DNA of 64,000 bases from Octopus sinensis. Its lineage: Eukaryota. The DNA is taken from NCBI RefSeq assembly GCF_006345805.1, contig NC_043005.1, positions 94,054,001 to 94,118,000 of the forward strand, in the 5' to 3' direction. Below, in pieces: positions 51,065 to 64,000 of this stretch (the first letter of the stretch is position 1; each line of letters begins with the position of its first letter). The translations under genes were made by a program, and so were the position numbers. The notes beneath the pieces were generated by a model that saw only the letters and a list, made by a program, of their open reading frames with translations, did not search any database and had not been told where the DNA came from.

Positions 51065-51329
51065 AAAACTATTTTTTACCATAAATAACCGCCCACCTAT
51101 AATAATGGGTAGTAATATGGAAATAAAATATTTCACCTAGGAAAAACAAAGATATTCTCAAAAAGCATGTTTATTTTATAGAATTCCACTGAACTTCTAT
51201 CGTTTCGGTTATCAGATATATAGACATAAAGAAACTGAAACAGCCTGAAAAGAAGTAGCATATCAAAAAATATTCTGAAGTTAACAATGGATCTATTAGG
51301 AAATATTGAAAATTAAACTGTTGAAAATA

Positions 51330-54300
51330 TGAATAGAAGCCTCGTATGAACAAATAATGTCCTTGATCATTTATGCTAGAATAATAACCGAATAGTTTCA
51401 AGTTAAATATCACGAATTTCTTCATTTGTTGCTTGGCCATAATATCAGAGCAAATTTCACTTATCTGTGTCTCATTTTCCTCTTCACTTTTGTCATGTGC
51501 ATTATTTTACCTCAAAGCCAGACAAAACATCCTCTGAGTGTGATTTGAAGAGTCTTATGTGCTACAGTCTGGCCACGAGCTGCAATTCCATATCGTTCAA
51601 AAGCACGCTTTATTGTGTTTTTTTTTTTAATTCAAAGTGGCAACAGCTTGAGTCACAAGGTTCGCTATCTCTTGATAAGAAGGCTTTTTGCGATATCCTT
51701 TATTTGTATACGCCTTTTTGCCATTTGAAAACCAGTTCTCCCATTCAGCACGAAGGGCTTTCTTCAAAGGACCAATAATTGATACATCTAACGGCTGCAA
51801 GTAAGATGTTGTTTTAGAAGGTATAAGTTTGAGAATTGTAGTCCTACGTTTGAACACTTCTAGGAGCTCTGTTTTCTTGTGCACTGAGTATTCATCCACC
51901 ATGAATACGTCGACTCAGAGATATTGCTTGGGCTGAATTCAAAAATCTGGATTCGACTGCAGCTTTTGAGGTGTACAAAACACAACGAGACCGAGCCGTG
52001 AAAATCGAAAAGAAAGAACGCTTCAGTTATGAATACAAAATCGCGGCAAATGCCAGTAGCAATCCAAAAACCTTCTTTGCCCATGTCCAGCGGAATTCCC
52101 GCTTGAACAACCAGATTGCAACGTTGGTAGACTCAACAGGCGTATCGATTGAGGACCCTTATCAACAGAGTCAATTATTTGCCGAGGCTTTTTCAACTAT
52201 TTTCAAACAAGATGATGGTCGTGAACCCCCTCCATTTGATAGATCGGTACCTCCAATGCTTCGATTGGTCATCACGCGGGACGAAGTCAAACGTGTTATT
52301 CAAGGCCTCGATGTCAACAAGGGTCACGGCCCTGACGGCATACACCCACGGGTTATCAAAGCGTTGGCTCCGGTCATCTGCGAGCCCTTAACGCGACTAT
52401 TCAATATGTCATTGGCGACGGGTGTTATACCTGCAGACTGGAGAACAGCGATAATCTGCCCAATTTTCAAGAAAGGGAGCCGCGAAGTCCCGCTTAACTA
52501 CCGACCGGTTTCCCTTACATCAATAATCAGCAAGATGTTCGAAACCATCCTTAAGAAAAGTATGATGCTCCACCTCCTAAACACAGCCTCTATCTCTGAT
52601 TCCCAACACGGCTTCGTGAGAGATCATGCTTGACCAACTTACTAGTAATGGAAGAATTGGTGACGCGCATCCTCGATGATAGTGATGCTGTTGACATCGT
52701 TTTACTGGACTTTGCCAAAGCTTTTGACTCGGTAAACCACCGCCTATTACTTGTCAAGCTTCAAGCATATAGTTTCCATCCGGATATTGTACGATGGGTT
52801 GGTGCCTTCCTCTCAGATCGCTCCTTCCAAGTCCAAGTTAATGGTTCGCGGTCCGACGTCTCCAGTGCGAGCAGTGGCGTGCCTCAAGGTTCAGTGCTTG
52901 GACCCTTGTTATTCTTAGTCTTCATAAATGACTTGCCCGACGACCTCACGCAACACATCCTTCTATTTGCCGACGATATCAAACTGGTCGCTCCTCGCGG
53001 TAATATAGAGGATCTTCGTCGATGCCTCCACCAAATTTGGAAGTGGTCTAACGATTGGGACCTGTGTCTGAACGTGTCAAAGTGCTGTCATCTGCCTGTC
53101 GGCTCTACTCCTGCAACTCAACTTGATTTCGAGCCGGGTCGTCTGCTGCTGGAGAGGACCGATCAGGTAAAGGACCTAGGTATCTTGGTGGATTCCTCCT
53201 TTTCGCCTTCGGCCCAGTGCGTCCATGCTGCCAACAAAGCACGCGGAATTCTGTTCTTGATTCGACGGTCATTCGGAATGCTCACAGCAGCCATATTCCT
53301 ACCACTCTATGTCACGCTGGTGAGACCCATATTGGAGTATGGGATTCAAGCCTCTTCTCCTTATCTCCTCAAAGACATACAGCATCTCGAAAGAGTCCAG
53401 AAGCTGGCTACCCGCATGGTTCATGGTCTCAAAAATTTGTCCTACGAAGAAAGGCTGAGGACGCTCGACCTTTATTCTCTTGAAAAACGCCGCCGCCGTA
53501 GTGATCTCATTCTCGCCCACAACATCATAAGCGGAAAGTGTAACCTCTCGAAAGAGCTGTTCTTCACTCCTGCTCCAGAGCGTCGGCTGCGGGGTCATTC
53601 CGAAAAGCTCTACCTGCGACGATTTCATCTCAATCGAAGGAGAGGAGCTTTCTCCGTCCGGGTTGCGGATCCGTGGAACAAGCTGCCAGACGAGATGGTA
53701 AAGATGCCGACGACCGCTTTGTTCAAAGCCTCCCTGGACCTCAAGTGGCCTGAACTCTTTACATGAACACCACCCTGTACTTAACTCCATGTCCCCCTAC
53801 ATGGCCTTGCTATTTGCTTTTGAGCCAAATTAACTAACTAACTATTAGCACTGAATTCTGAGCAAATTAACTAACTAACCATTAGCACTGAATTCTGAGC
53901 ATGGAATAGTTGTGCTGTTCTCTGCCCAAACACTTTGTCAGCCCACAGCTGCATGAGTTCATATGTGATTGATCCCTTGTTGGAGACTGTTACGGAAATA
54001 TTCTTCGGGACCTTAATTTTATGCACGTTTATCAATTCTTTAAGGATAATCATTGTTTTCAATACCTTTCCTGCAGCTTTAAACACACAACACAGCAGTA
54101 AAACGAGCTTTGGTAGCACCACAGTGGCTAGCATCTACATTTTTATTGCCAACAAAGTCTATGGTTGTTGAACTCAACATGTCAATGTATACAGCTGTTT
54201 CATCCATATTATAAATCTGGTCAGCATCCTTATCTGCTGTTAATATAGGAATGCTATCTAGATCGTCACTGGCGATTTGTGCCTTTACTCCAAGTGTTTT

Positions 54301-54850
54301 ATTGCCTGCTTGACCAACATGTGTAATCTTTCTCACAGTTTATTCCGTTTCATGAAATTGAAAATCCATTTATCAGAACATCTTATGCTGTTCACTTCCA
54401 TTTCAAATCCTTTTACTAATTGAAAAGTATATTCCTGTAAACGACGATAATTTACGATTATATCGTTTGCACGCTGAACAACAATCCACTGTAAGTGTTC
54501 AAGCTCTAGGTCTCCATGTGCTGGTCTTCTACCTCCACAAATTGCTCTGCGCCCCCTCTTGTCTGACATTGATTAACTCAGTTTCTTTTGTGCACCATTC
54601 TCTCTCAGTCGTTTTCTGACACAGCAGATAAATTGCCAGAATGTTTTTTCACTCGTTTAATAGCACTCAATTTTTCAGATCGTATATGATCGTTGAACAC
54701 GTCTTCATATATTTTCTTTTGACTCCATTATTGGGAATAAAAACCTTTTGAATTTATCTTCAGAGGTAAAACAAGAACGATAACTCTGTTTCAACTTTTA
54801 ACCGCAAATCAACGCCCATGCGTGATCGAAAAAACCCACTACTAGAAATA
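51330..54850 (-). mobile_element. pogo/Tigger-like transposon, decayed and split by a LINE
   Basis: CENP-B HTH (CSDKWIFNFMKR), NMDET, VDEYSVH and LQPLDV catalytic motifs. The frame ...QNSVL|MVDEY... is continuous across the LINE. Confidence 0.85.
51903..53846 (+). mobile_element. 5'-truncated CR1-group LINE (RT), young, with (TAAC)n tail
   Basis: ORFs 51971-52633 and 52630-53766 with NYRPVSLTS, DFAKAFD, GVPQGSVLGP, LFADD, RGH..KL and WNKLP. One frameshift, no internal stops. Confidence 0.9.
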
Positions 54851-54886
54851 ACAGCCAAATCTCACAAAACTGCGATAACATAATAT

Positions 54887-55823
54887 TGTTACGAACCTGC
54901 CGTCGCTCAACTCGAACTCGGGACCCCAAGTCGAGCGACGACGACGACCACGCTCAGTCAAACGGAAATCCACCACAGAAAGCGGCAATTGACAGCCAGA
55001 ACGCAAGCCAGAAACCAGAGACAACAACAACAGGAAGAGAGAGACAGTGGAAGGCAGTTGCTTACATTTACAACAGTTTATACAATTGTTACAACATCAA
55101 TCAAAACGTAATACATTGCAGATACATTAAAGAAAAACATTTAACAAATCGTACAAAGTTAAAAAGAAAAACAATAATCAATGCATGCACAATACACGAC
55201 GTCCGAAAATAATCCAATTTAAATGTTCAACGCAATACAGAGTTCGAAAACAGTCCAAATTAAAGTCTTTCTCTTTTCTTCAACAATTCTTTGTACATTT
55301 CAATAGATTACAGTTTATGTCACAATGTTCTTTTCCCTTCTCTTTTTACAGTTCTTTTTGACACAATGTTCTTTTTCCTTTTTTTTTAACACAGTTCACA
55401 AGTTCTTTTCTCTTTTCGTTTAACGCACATCACCATCCAAAATTCAACAACAAAAACATAAATAAACATTACCGCACGTTCCGAGTGTACAACAATTTCA
55501 GCTCCTACTACAACAATCTAGCCTTCTCGCCGTAATCTCCCTCACTTCCTCTCGCTTGACAAGTCCTCAATCCTATCTTCCTGTCCCTCTCGCCTCTTGC
55601 CAACTGTCATCTCTGCATCGACTCCTCTCGCTAACTAACTAACCCCAGCTCGCCACATTTTAAAGGGTGGTAGATTTACTTTTTTTCTCAACCTTGCTTG
55701 ACCGGATAAGGGTCAGAGGTACTTTCTATCCTCATTAATTTCCCTTACCGGTGACTAGACAAAGCCCCATAACTTGTTTCGCCAGTCCATCTGGCACCAG
55801 CCAGCAGAAACTGGGTCATAACA
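54887..55823 (-). mobile_element. Probable solo LTR (~937 bp)
   Basis: TGTTACGA...TCATAACA inverted termini, non-coding, sharp change in composition. No TSD or PBS was found. Confidence 0.5.
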
Positions 55824-56467
55824 CTTTTTCTTCAACTGACCTCGTATCAATATGAAAAAAACATGTAATGAATCTACTCACTTTTCTGCAAAGATTTCTT
55901 TCAGAGTAATTTCCCGCAGTAATATAACTAGTAATTCATGTGAAATTAAAGTGTTCATTTTTTTTTTCTTTGCTTTGAAAGTTTCCAAAAATATGAGTGC
56001 AGAAATAATAGCAAGCTCTTTTGCAAAAAGGAAAAGGAAAAATAGCAAAGAAATACTGTGACAAACGCAAAACATCGTGGAACTGAAAATGGGCAGATTG
56101 ATTACATATTTCATAATAATACAAGTCCGAGGAAGTATTTCAGTCAGGTCGCTCATGTGTTCGTACGGCTGCTGGTAAGAATGTGGAATACATAGAGAAG
56201 AAGAAGAAGAAAAAGAAGAAATAATTGCCGATGGATGTGTGTCGGAAAACTCTATGTAATAATTTAATGCCTCTGTGATGAGAAATTGAAAAAAAAAAGG
56301 AATTTGTTCTGTGCAATAGATAGAATTGAAAAAAAAAATAATTGTTGATAGATGTATATCGGAGAACTCTATGAAATAATTAATTTCTCGGCGATCTTCT
56401 CTGTGATAGGAGGGAGGAAAAAATATGCTGTGTATAGAAAAAAAATCTCAAAGTGGGGCGGTGGAGG

Positions 56468-59240
56468 ACAGCCCCGAGTCAGAGAAGCGGGTTGTTTCAC
56501 TACAAATAGTTAACAGACATAACGAGTGGGGCAGTCGATAGCATATTTTTTTCTTCCTGTTCGGTTTAATCATCTTTGATCCCTGTTAGACGTGAGTCGC
56601 ATTGTTAATTATTTGTTGAAGGTTTCCCGTAAGGGTGAACCTCATTGTTGAATTGTTGTTGCCGTTTTTTTTGGGGGGGGGCATAACTACAGATTCCTTC
56701 CCCCACCGACTTTGGATGATCATAACTTTCAGAAGAATGGATATTTTTTAATGAAATTTTCTACGAATATGTGTTATATCATGTAGATTCCGAATATACA
56801 AAACCTTTTGGGGAAAGTCTTTTCGGAGGTGGGGAAATTTCGGAAAATTCACCGGCATCCACTTACAAGAAAATAGATATTTTTAAATCAAAATTTTCTA
56901 CAAATTTACCTCGGATTATGTAGATTCCGAGAACATAGGAATTTGTGGGGAAAACAATTGGGGGTTACTTTTGAGGACCGTTCCACACTCGGGTGTGTTT
57001 CAGTCCATATTTGTTTCTTTTTCTCCGTTTTATGCGTTTGTGCATCCGTAGATTTCTACTGAAGCAGCCGGCAATGATGCTGTCACAAGAAAACTCGTTA
57101 TGCTAAAAATACCAGCTAAAGGTCTAAACGTTTCTAAAAGAAAGACATTGAATAGAATAATTCCCCGTTTGAACTCTTTTAATTACATATAAATGTGTGT
57201 GAGGACTAGAAATCTACGGATGCACAAACGCACAAAACGGAGAAAATGAAACAAATATGAACGACTTGTTCCGAATCACCCCAGAGTGTGGAACGGTCCT
57301 CAAAAGTAACCCCCAATTGTTTTCCCCTCAAATTCCTATGTTCTCGGAATCTACATAGTCCGAGGTATATTTGTAGAAAATTTCATTAAAAAATATCTAT
57401 TTTCTTGGAAGTTAAGACGAATTGAAGTGGACACCAGTGAATTTTCCGAATTTCCCCACCCACTCCTAAAATATTTTCCCCCCAAAAGTTTTGTATATTC
57501 AGAATCTACATGTTATAACACATATTCGTAGAAAATTTCATTAAAAGATATCCATTTTCCTGAAAGTTATGATCATCCAAAGTCGGTGGGGGGGGGGCAG
57601 GAATCTGTAGTTATGCCGTTTTCTTTTGCTTATAAGTTTATATTTGTTTTCTTCCCCATTCATGAGTGAAGTAGAAGAAAAAAGAAGAATGGAGTGCGAA
57701 CCAGTTCCAGCTGGCAGCTATGCTTCAGCCACTGGAAGAAGAAGTTTAACTGCAGACGTATTACAGGTTCGAGAAGTTAAAATGGAGTAAAAGAAGTTCA
57801 AGGAGTTCAACAGAATGATCGAGAAGGAAGGGATCAGTTTGAGGTTGACCTCGCCGGAAAATTTAACAGCTAGCATGACGAAGCAGACAGTGGTATATAG
57901 AATGCTGTCCATGTCAACGCAAAAGATAGAAATAGCCATAGTAGAGGCCATAGAGGAATGCTTGAAGGCAGTAAAAAGCCTCACAACATTCTACACCAGA
58001 GGGAGAAGATACAGCCCAATGGATGTAAGGTTTGCTAGCGAACAAGAAGCGATAAACCACTCCACTGTGGCGCTAAGGACAGCAGAGTGGGTACTTCTGC
58101 CAACTTACTGTGGCAAATGAGTGACCAGGGTAAGGATTGGCAGAATACCTCTGGAGATTGAGGAGGCATGGCTGGTAGCAGCCATGTATAATATGGAGGA
58201 AGATGCAAAAGTTTTAAAAGTAACGAGAACGAAAGAGGTAAATTGGTGGAGATACAGTCTCGAAGTGGCCATCCAAATCAGTTTACAAGACTTACACAAG
58301 ATAGCAGAGGAGGTGATACTGCGGGGGGACATGAGATAGAGTGTAGTGGTGGAGGGAAGACCTCTAACTTGTTATCAGTGTGGAGAGAGGGGACACATGA
58401 GAGCAAGGTGTCCCCAGAAAGACGATACAGGTGAAGAGGAACAGCGAGAAGTGTTTGGAGAAGGTGGAGGAGAAATATACGGTGGTAAATAGGAAGACGT
58501 TGACTCCTCACCGAAGAGCCCATTAAAGAAAAGTAAACAGGAAGAGACACAGCAAAAGATTGCAACAACATCAAAAAGGGAAGCCAACAAGAAAAATCAA
58601 GTGGGACTGCAGGAAAAAGTAACCAAAATAGAACCGAAAAATAAATGGCATATAGTGACATATGCAAGAAGCACGGAGATTGAAAAGAAAATAATGAAAA
58701 TGAAGTCGGGAATAAGGGTGAAACTATCAACAGAATTATTACCCAGTGAGTACCAAGGCAATTGATATCGACAAGGAGAGATGTGAAAGATTGAGAGAAT
58801 TATTTGGAAAAAAGATAGACCCAATGGAAGTACGCGTGGGGTTTAATGGCTTGCCGCCAGTAATAGACTATGAGGATCTCATTGCCTTACATAAAATGGT
58901 AAAAAAAAAAGTAAATGGTTGAAACACAGATGCAAAAAGAAAAATGATATAAAAATGTTAAACTAAAACATTTAAATGATACTGCTTGCGAGTGGGGAGC
59001 ATGCAGCCATATCATCTTCATTTATTTTTTGTTCATTCATCATTCATTCGTTTTGTGTCTCTACTGTGGTGTTCTATCTTTCCTTGTGCTGTCCCCTCTG
59101 TGTATAAGCCTGAGTGCTTAAATAAAGTAAATAGTTGGCGAGGCACACCGTTCGGTCACTCATGCAATCTGGGCCAGTCAGGTTGACGACAAAGTACATC
59201 ATCATAATACCACACAGAACAGTGTCGAGCAACACACAAC
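56468..59240 (+). mobile_element. ORF1-only (gag-like, CCHC) retroelement derivative, copy 2, with a fold-back MITE in its 5' UTR
   Basis: MECEPVPAGSY...RVRIGRIP...VVVEGRPLT-CYQCGERGHMRARC (58370-58411). UTRs are shared with copy 1. Confidence 0.7.
56680..57617. mobile_element. Fold-back MITE (~380-410-bp arms, GG...CC termini)
   Basis: GGCATAACTACAGATTCC/GGAATCTGTAGTTATGCC termini with long inverted arms. Imperfect 8-bp TSD (GTTTTTTT/GTTTTCTT). Related to the sequence flanking 47292-50122. Confidence 0.8.
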
Positions 59241-59339
59241 AAACATATAATAGAGAACTGAAATGCAGAAATATAAAATATTTGAATATAAAATAAGTAA
59301 ACTAAGTTAGTGAGATGCTTGTGCTTCATGCCTGCTACA

Positions 59340-61201
59340 AAGAGATTTTATATTAGGCACCAATTTCGTCTCAAGTCTCCTTGTTTAGTGATATCCAACC
59401 GATTTCTTTTCTTCAATAACAAATCATTTACAGCACTAAAGCCACATTCAGCTAAATATGAAGATCGGAATGGTAACAACAATTTTCTTGCAAAGTTGGT
59501 TGAGTTTGGGTATTTGGTTTCTGTCTCATCACAAAGCCATGACATCACTCCTTTTATATTGAATAAAGTTTTCACTGACTCATCTTTTTCTATTTCCGAG
59601 AGTTCTTCTTGGTACTCTATCGAAACATCAGATATATCCACTAGCATTGGCTGCATCACCCATGTTGGAAAATCAATTTGTTTTAAATCAGAAAATCTTT
59701 CAAATCAGAGGCCAATGTTTACAGATTATCCACAAAGACAAGTACAGCAGTATCTGTCACCTTACATTTTCTTAGCCAATGAAACTGGTCAAAAATATTT
59801 TTTGACATACCTCAATGAATGTAACAAAGCCAAATATCTTCGTCTTTGCATCAATAAGAGTTTTAAATAACTCACAAATGCTTTACCATCAATGGTTAGC
59901 AGATGCTTCATTTCAGGCTTGTCACTTAAAATGTCACTAACAACATCAAATAGTTCCATAAGTCTTTTCAAGTAATTCCCCTTTGAGAGCCACCTTACCT
60001 CAGTGTGAGATAAAAGTCTCACATAGTCTGCATTTTCACAAAACTGCCTGAAAAGACGCTCACATTTGGCATTAGCAGCTTTGATAGCATTGATCATCAT
60101 CATCATCATCATCATTTAGGGTTGGACGGTTCAACTGGGGTCTGTGAAGCTGGAAGGCTTCGTCAGGCCCAGTCAGATCTGGCAGTGTTTCTACGGCTGG
60201 ATGCCCTTCCTAACGCCAACCACTCCGTGAGTGTAGTGGGTACTTTTTACGTGCCACCTGCACAGGTGCCAGACAGAGCTGGCAAACGGCCACGAACGGA
60301 TGGTGCTTTTACGTGTCACCGGCATGGGGCCAGAACTGATTTTAGTACCTCATTGAGAACAGGAGACATATTTTTGAATACTAAGTTCTCTCTATGATAA
60401 CAGTGCACAAAAAGCTTTTCTGGGTTCTCATCTTTCATCAATTTTAAGCAGCCTTTTTTCTTGCCCATCTTAACAAGAGCAGCACCTGCAGCACAAGATG
60501 ATATGTTCTCTATTGGTATATTGTTGACATCCAAGTAATTTTTTAGCCTATCATATTCATATCAGTGGCGGTAGTGGTGGATTCTAATGATTCGCAGAAT
60601 ATCATTTCATCAACAAATTCACCATATCAATATATCTTGCATAGGTTAGCAATACAACCTCGCTGTCTCTTGATTCATCTATTTGTAATGACAATTTTTT
60701 TGATTTCAGCTTTTCAACAAGTTGTGTTTCAATATTTTCCCTCATTTCATCTATTCTTTTACTAACAATATTGTTACTGAGTGGCATGACTTGAATAACT
60801 TTGTCATCTTTTTCCAGGACTGTTTTAAAAAAATGCTGATATTGATGGTTTAATTAAATCCTCTCCAATAGTATGATTGTTTTCACATTTAGCAATGAGT
60901 AATGAAATTTTATAACTAGCCTCAAGAGTACGACGGGCGTTAACAGATTGTGTAATAAACAGAGACATTATTGTTGTTCTTTTTGCAAACTTCTCCTTCA
61001 AAGACTTAAAGTAATTCAAATCTGAGCTTACATACGCACTGTTTCGTTTTCAAATGCAACTCAAGACGATTTGATTTCATTGATTTGATGGTCAAGCATT
61101 ATTGGCATAAGAGGCAGAAAGGTGACCATTTATTGTGGATAGTGGGTATAAATCCAAATTTTGAAATATTGACAAACTTTTTTTTTACTTGCACTACTCA
61201 T
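59340..61201 (-). pseudogene. hAT (Buster/Charlie-type) transposase remnant interrupted by an RTE fragment
   Basis: KFGFI..FCLLC, EASYKISLLIAK..HTIGEDLIKP, PLSNN..SKRI, LQIDES, HCYHRENL, HTEVRWLSKG, LPFRSSYLAECGFS. Confidence 0.85.
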
Positions 61202-61380
61202 TTTATATATTTCTTCAAAAGGATTGCAGTATAAACTTTTGGAAAATATGCTCAAAAAGAAACAAAAAATATTTCGTGAAACTTCTCAGCTGCACAAGCC
61301 TTTCTATCAATGATGTGAAATTTTCTTACCTTTTTGCTGAATTCATAAACTCAAAATGACTTGTTAATTTTCATCTCTTT

Positions 61381-61416
<36 letters not shown>

Positions 61417-62899
61417 AAAGAGATGAAAATACACACACACATGTGTGTGTGTATTACCAGTACCATAAATCTCTATCTATCTGTGTTTCTCTCTCTGTGC
61501 CTTTTTCTCTTCTTTCACTGACTCCTTACCTTTGCTCCATTTCAACTCATTTTCACATTCCATTTTTCTTGTGTACCAAGATTTTTATCACCAGAGACAA
61601 AAGAATCACTGCCCACACACATATTTCTCCATAGGGAATTAAGATGGCATTGCTTTCAGTATTGACCAACTGATCAGCATGGACGAACACACCCACTCTC
61701 TCTCTCTCTCTCTCCCTCTCAGAGACACATATGCTTTTGTAAATACCTCCACTATATTGAAGGAAATAATCTATTCCCTCTTTAGTGGACACTTTAGAGA
61801 CAAACAGATCTTCAAATTTAGAGACATCAGATCTTTGAAGATCTGATGGCTCTAAAGTGTTCAAAATTTGATAAAATTGTCCACAAAACAACTTTTTTTT
61901 TAATGACTCATTCTCAAATGCCCCACATTGGCTCTAGAAATATGCTGTGCTTGAGAAGTTCCAGCAAACCAAGTGAGATTGTGGCTGTGGCCAATGCCAG
62001 TGTCACATAACTAACCCATTTCAAAGCACATTCCAGTCGTCATGCTGTGCTTATGAACAATGACATGGCTGTGTGGTTATGCAGCTAACTTTGCAACCAT
62101 GTGTTCAAGCCTGCTGCACACCACCTTGGGCAAGTGCTTTCTGCTACAGCCCCAAGCTGACCAATGTCTTGTGACCGAATTTCATAGAAAGAAACTCTGT
62201 GAAAGCCTGCTGCATATGTGTGTCTTTCTGCCTGTGTTTGTCCCCCACCATTACACTGTTTGTTCATTGACATCTCCAGAACAGGTTCAGGAAACGTGAC
62301 CAACCAAACAGATACCACACTTAAAACAAGCATCAATCTGTTAGACTGAAGCTCTCTTTAAGGTGGGAGCCCAGCATGGCCACTGTCCAACGACTGAAAA
62401 AGAAAATTGAAAAAGCAAAAAACAATCTGATAAATTCTTAAAATTTATTTTCTGATAAACTTTTTTTTGTTTCTTTGTTTTATATTAACATATGCAGTGC
62501 ATTATTCAGTTTCAATCCTCTGACAAGTCCATTCACAGAATTTAATTTATTAAATAATAGGCATGCGTGATATACAGTTCATTATTGGCACTTAGGTAAC
62601 AGAAAAATCCATTCCGTAGAACAGAAAACTCAAAATATCAGATCAACTTTTTTACACTTTTACTTGTTTTAATATTATTATTATCAATATTATTATTATA
62701 TTACACAATTTTTTTTGTGTATTTTTTTTTCAAGTTTTAATTTTTACATTTGTATAAAAATATCTAGTCTTCAGTACATAATAATAAATAAGATGAAGAG
62801 AGTCAGGAAAATTTATCTCAAAGATAATTAACACTTATATCTGTGTTACTTCAAGAAATTTTCTTGAATACTGTTCACACACACACACACACACACAAA

Positions 62900-62915
62900 G
62901 GTGTGTATATATATG

Positions 62916-62962
<47 letters not shown>

Positions 62963-63241
62963 TATATTATATATTTATATATACATACATATATATACAT
63001 ATATATATATTTATATTTATATATATATACATATATATATACATATATATATATATTTATATATATATACATACTATATATATATATAATATATATATAT
63101 ATACATACATATATATATACATATATATATATTATATATATATACATACATATATAATACATATATATATATATATATATATACATATATACATATATAT
63201 ATATTTAATATATATACATACATATATATATATATATACAT

Positions 63242-63291
<50 letters not shown>

Positions 63292-63657
63292 CATATATAT
63301 ATAGATATATATACATACATATATATATTTATATATACATACATATATATATTTATATATACATAATATATATATATATATATACATAATATATTATATT
63401 TATATATATATACATATATTATATATTACATACATATTATATATTTATATATATATACATACAATATATATATATATATACATACATATATATATATATA
63501 TACATACATATATATATTATATATATATACATACATATATATATATATATATATACATACATATATATATATATATATACATACATATATATATATATAT
63601 ACTACATATATATATATATATATAATATACATACAATATAATATATTATATACATAC

Positions 63658-63714
<57 letters not shown>

Positions 63715-63725
63715 CATATATATAC

Positions 63726-63759
<34 letters not shown>

Positions 63760-64000
63760 TATATATACATATATATATATTACATATATATAATAATATA
63801 TACATATAATACATATATATATATAATATACATAATATATATAATATATATATACATATATATATACATAGATATATATATACATATATATATATACATA
63901 CATATATATATCACATATATATATACATATATATATACATATATATATACCTATATATATATATACATATATATATTACATAATATATATACATATATAT
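62900..64000. repeat. (TA)n/(TACA)n microsatellite array running to the window end
   Basis: Directly visible. Confidence 0.95.

Noticed and set aside
61747-61851. Minus-strand 105-nt exon candidate (EPSDLQRS...YSG)
   Set aside because: The splice signals are plausible, but the segment overlaps a local hairpin/duplication (61790-61862) and I could not chain it to other compatible exons.

Overview
AT-rich eukaryotic (animal) genomic DNA made almost entirely of nested transposable elements and (TA)n/(AAT)n/(GAT)n microsatellites. The repeat families resemble those I recall from Octopus genomes, which is an inference and not a database result. There are no prokaryotic genes, CRISPR arrays, rRNA or authentic tRNA genes. 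Main elements: a very young full-length CsRn1-lineage Gypsy (11586-16889, LTRs identical by eye), a near-intact mariner inside an R4/Dong-like LINE, two Penelope-like (PLE) RT/GIY-YIG fragments, many RTE 3' ends, Tx1, CR1-like and HERO-like LINE fragments, pogo, Tc1 and hAT remnants, non-autonomous Helitrons, tRNA-derived SINEs, and a self-nested set of GGATC-TIR elements with 8-bp TSDs. Four to six small phase-compatible plus-strand exons (28.4-38.0 kb) suggest a host gene I cannot name. The most striking unannotated signal is a dense set of type I hammerhead ribozyme (HHR) motifs from about 9 unrelated sequence families. They include (i) a ~575-nt retrozyme-like unit that starts exactly at its own cleavage site, is fused head-to-head to a Penelope GIY-YIG fragment and was later interrupted by the Gypsy; (ii) a ~530-nt unit whose two copies are circularly permuted; (iii) a tRNA-headed SINE carrying an HHR; and (iv) fold-back duplications whose axis lies at the ribozyme. 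Coordinates were counted by hand and may be off by a few bases.
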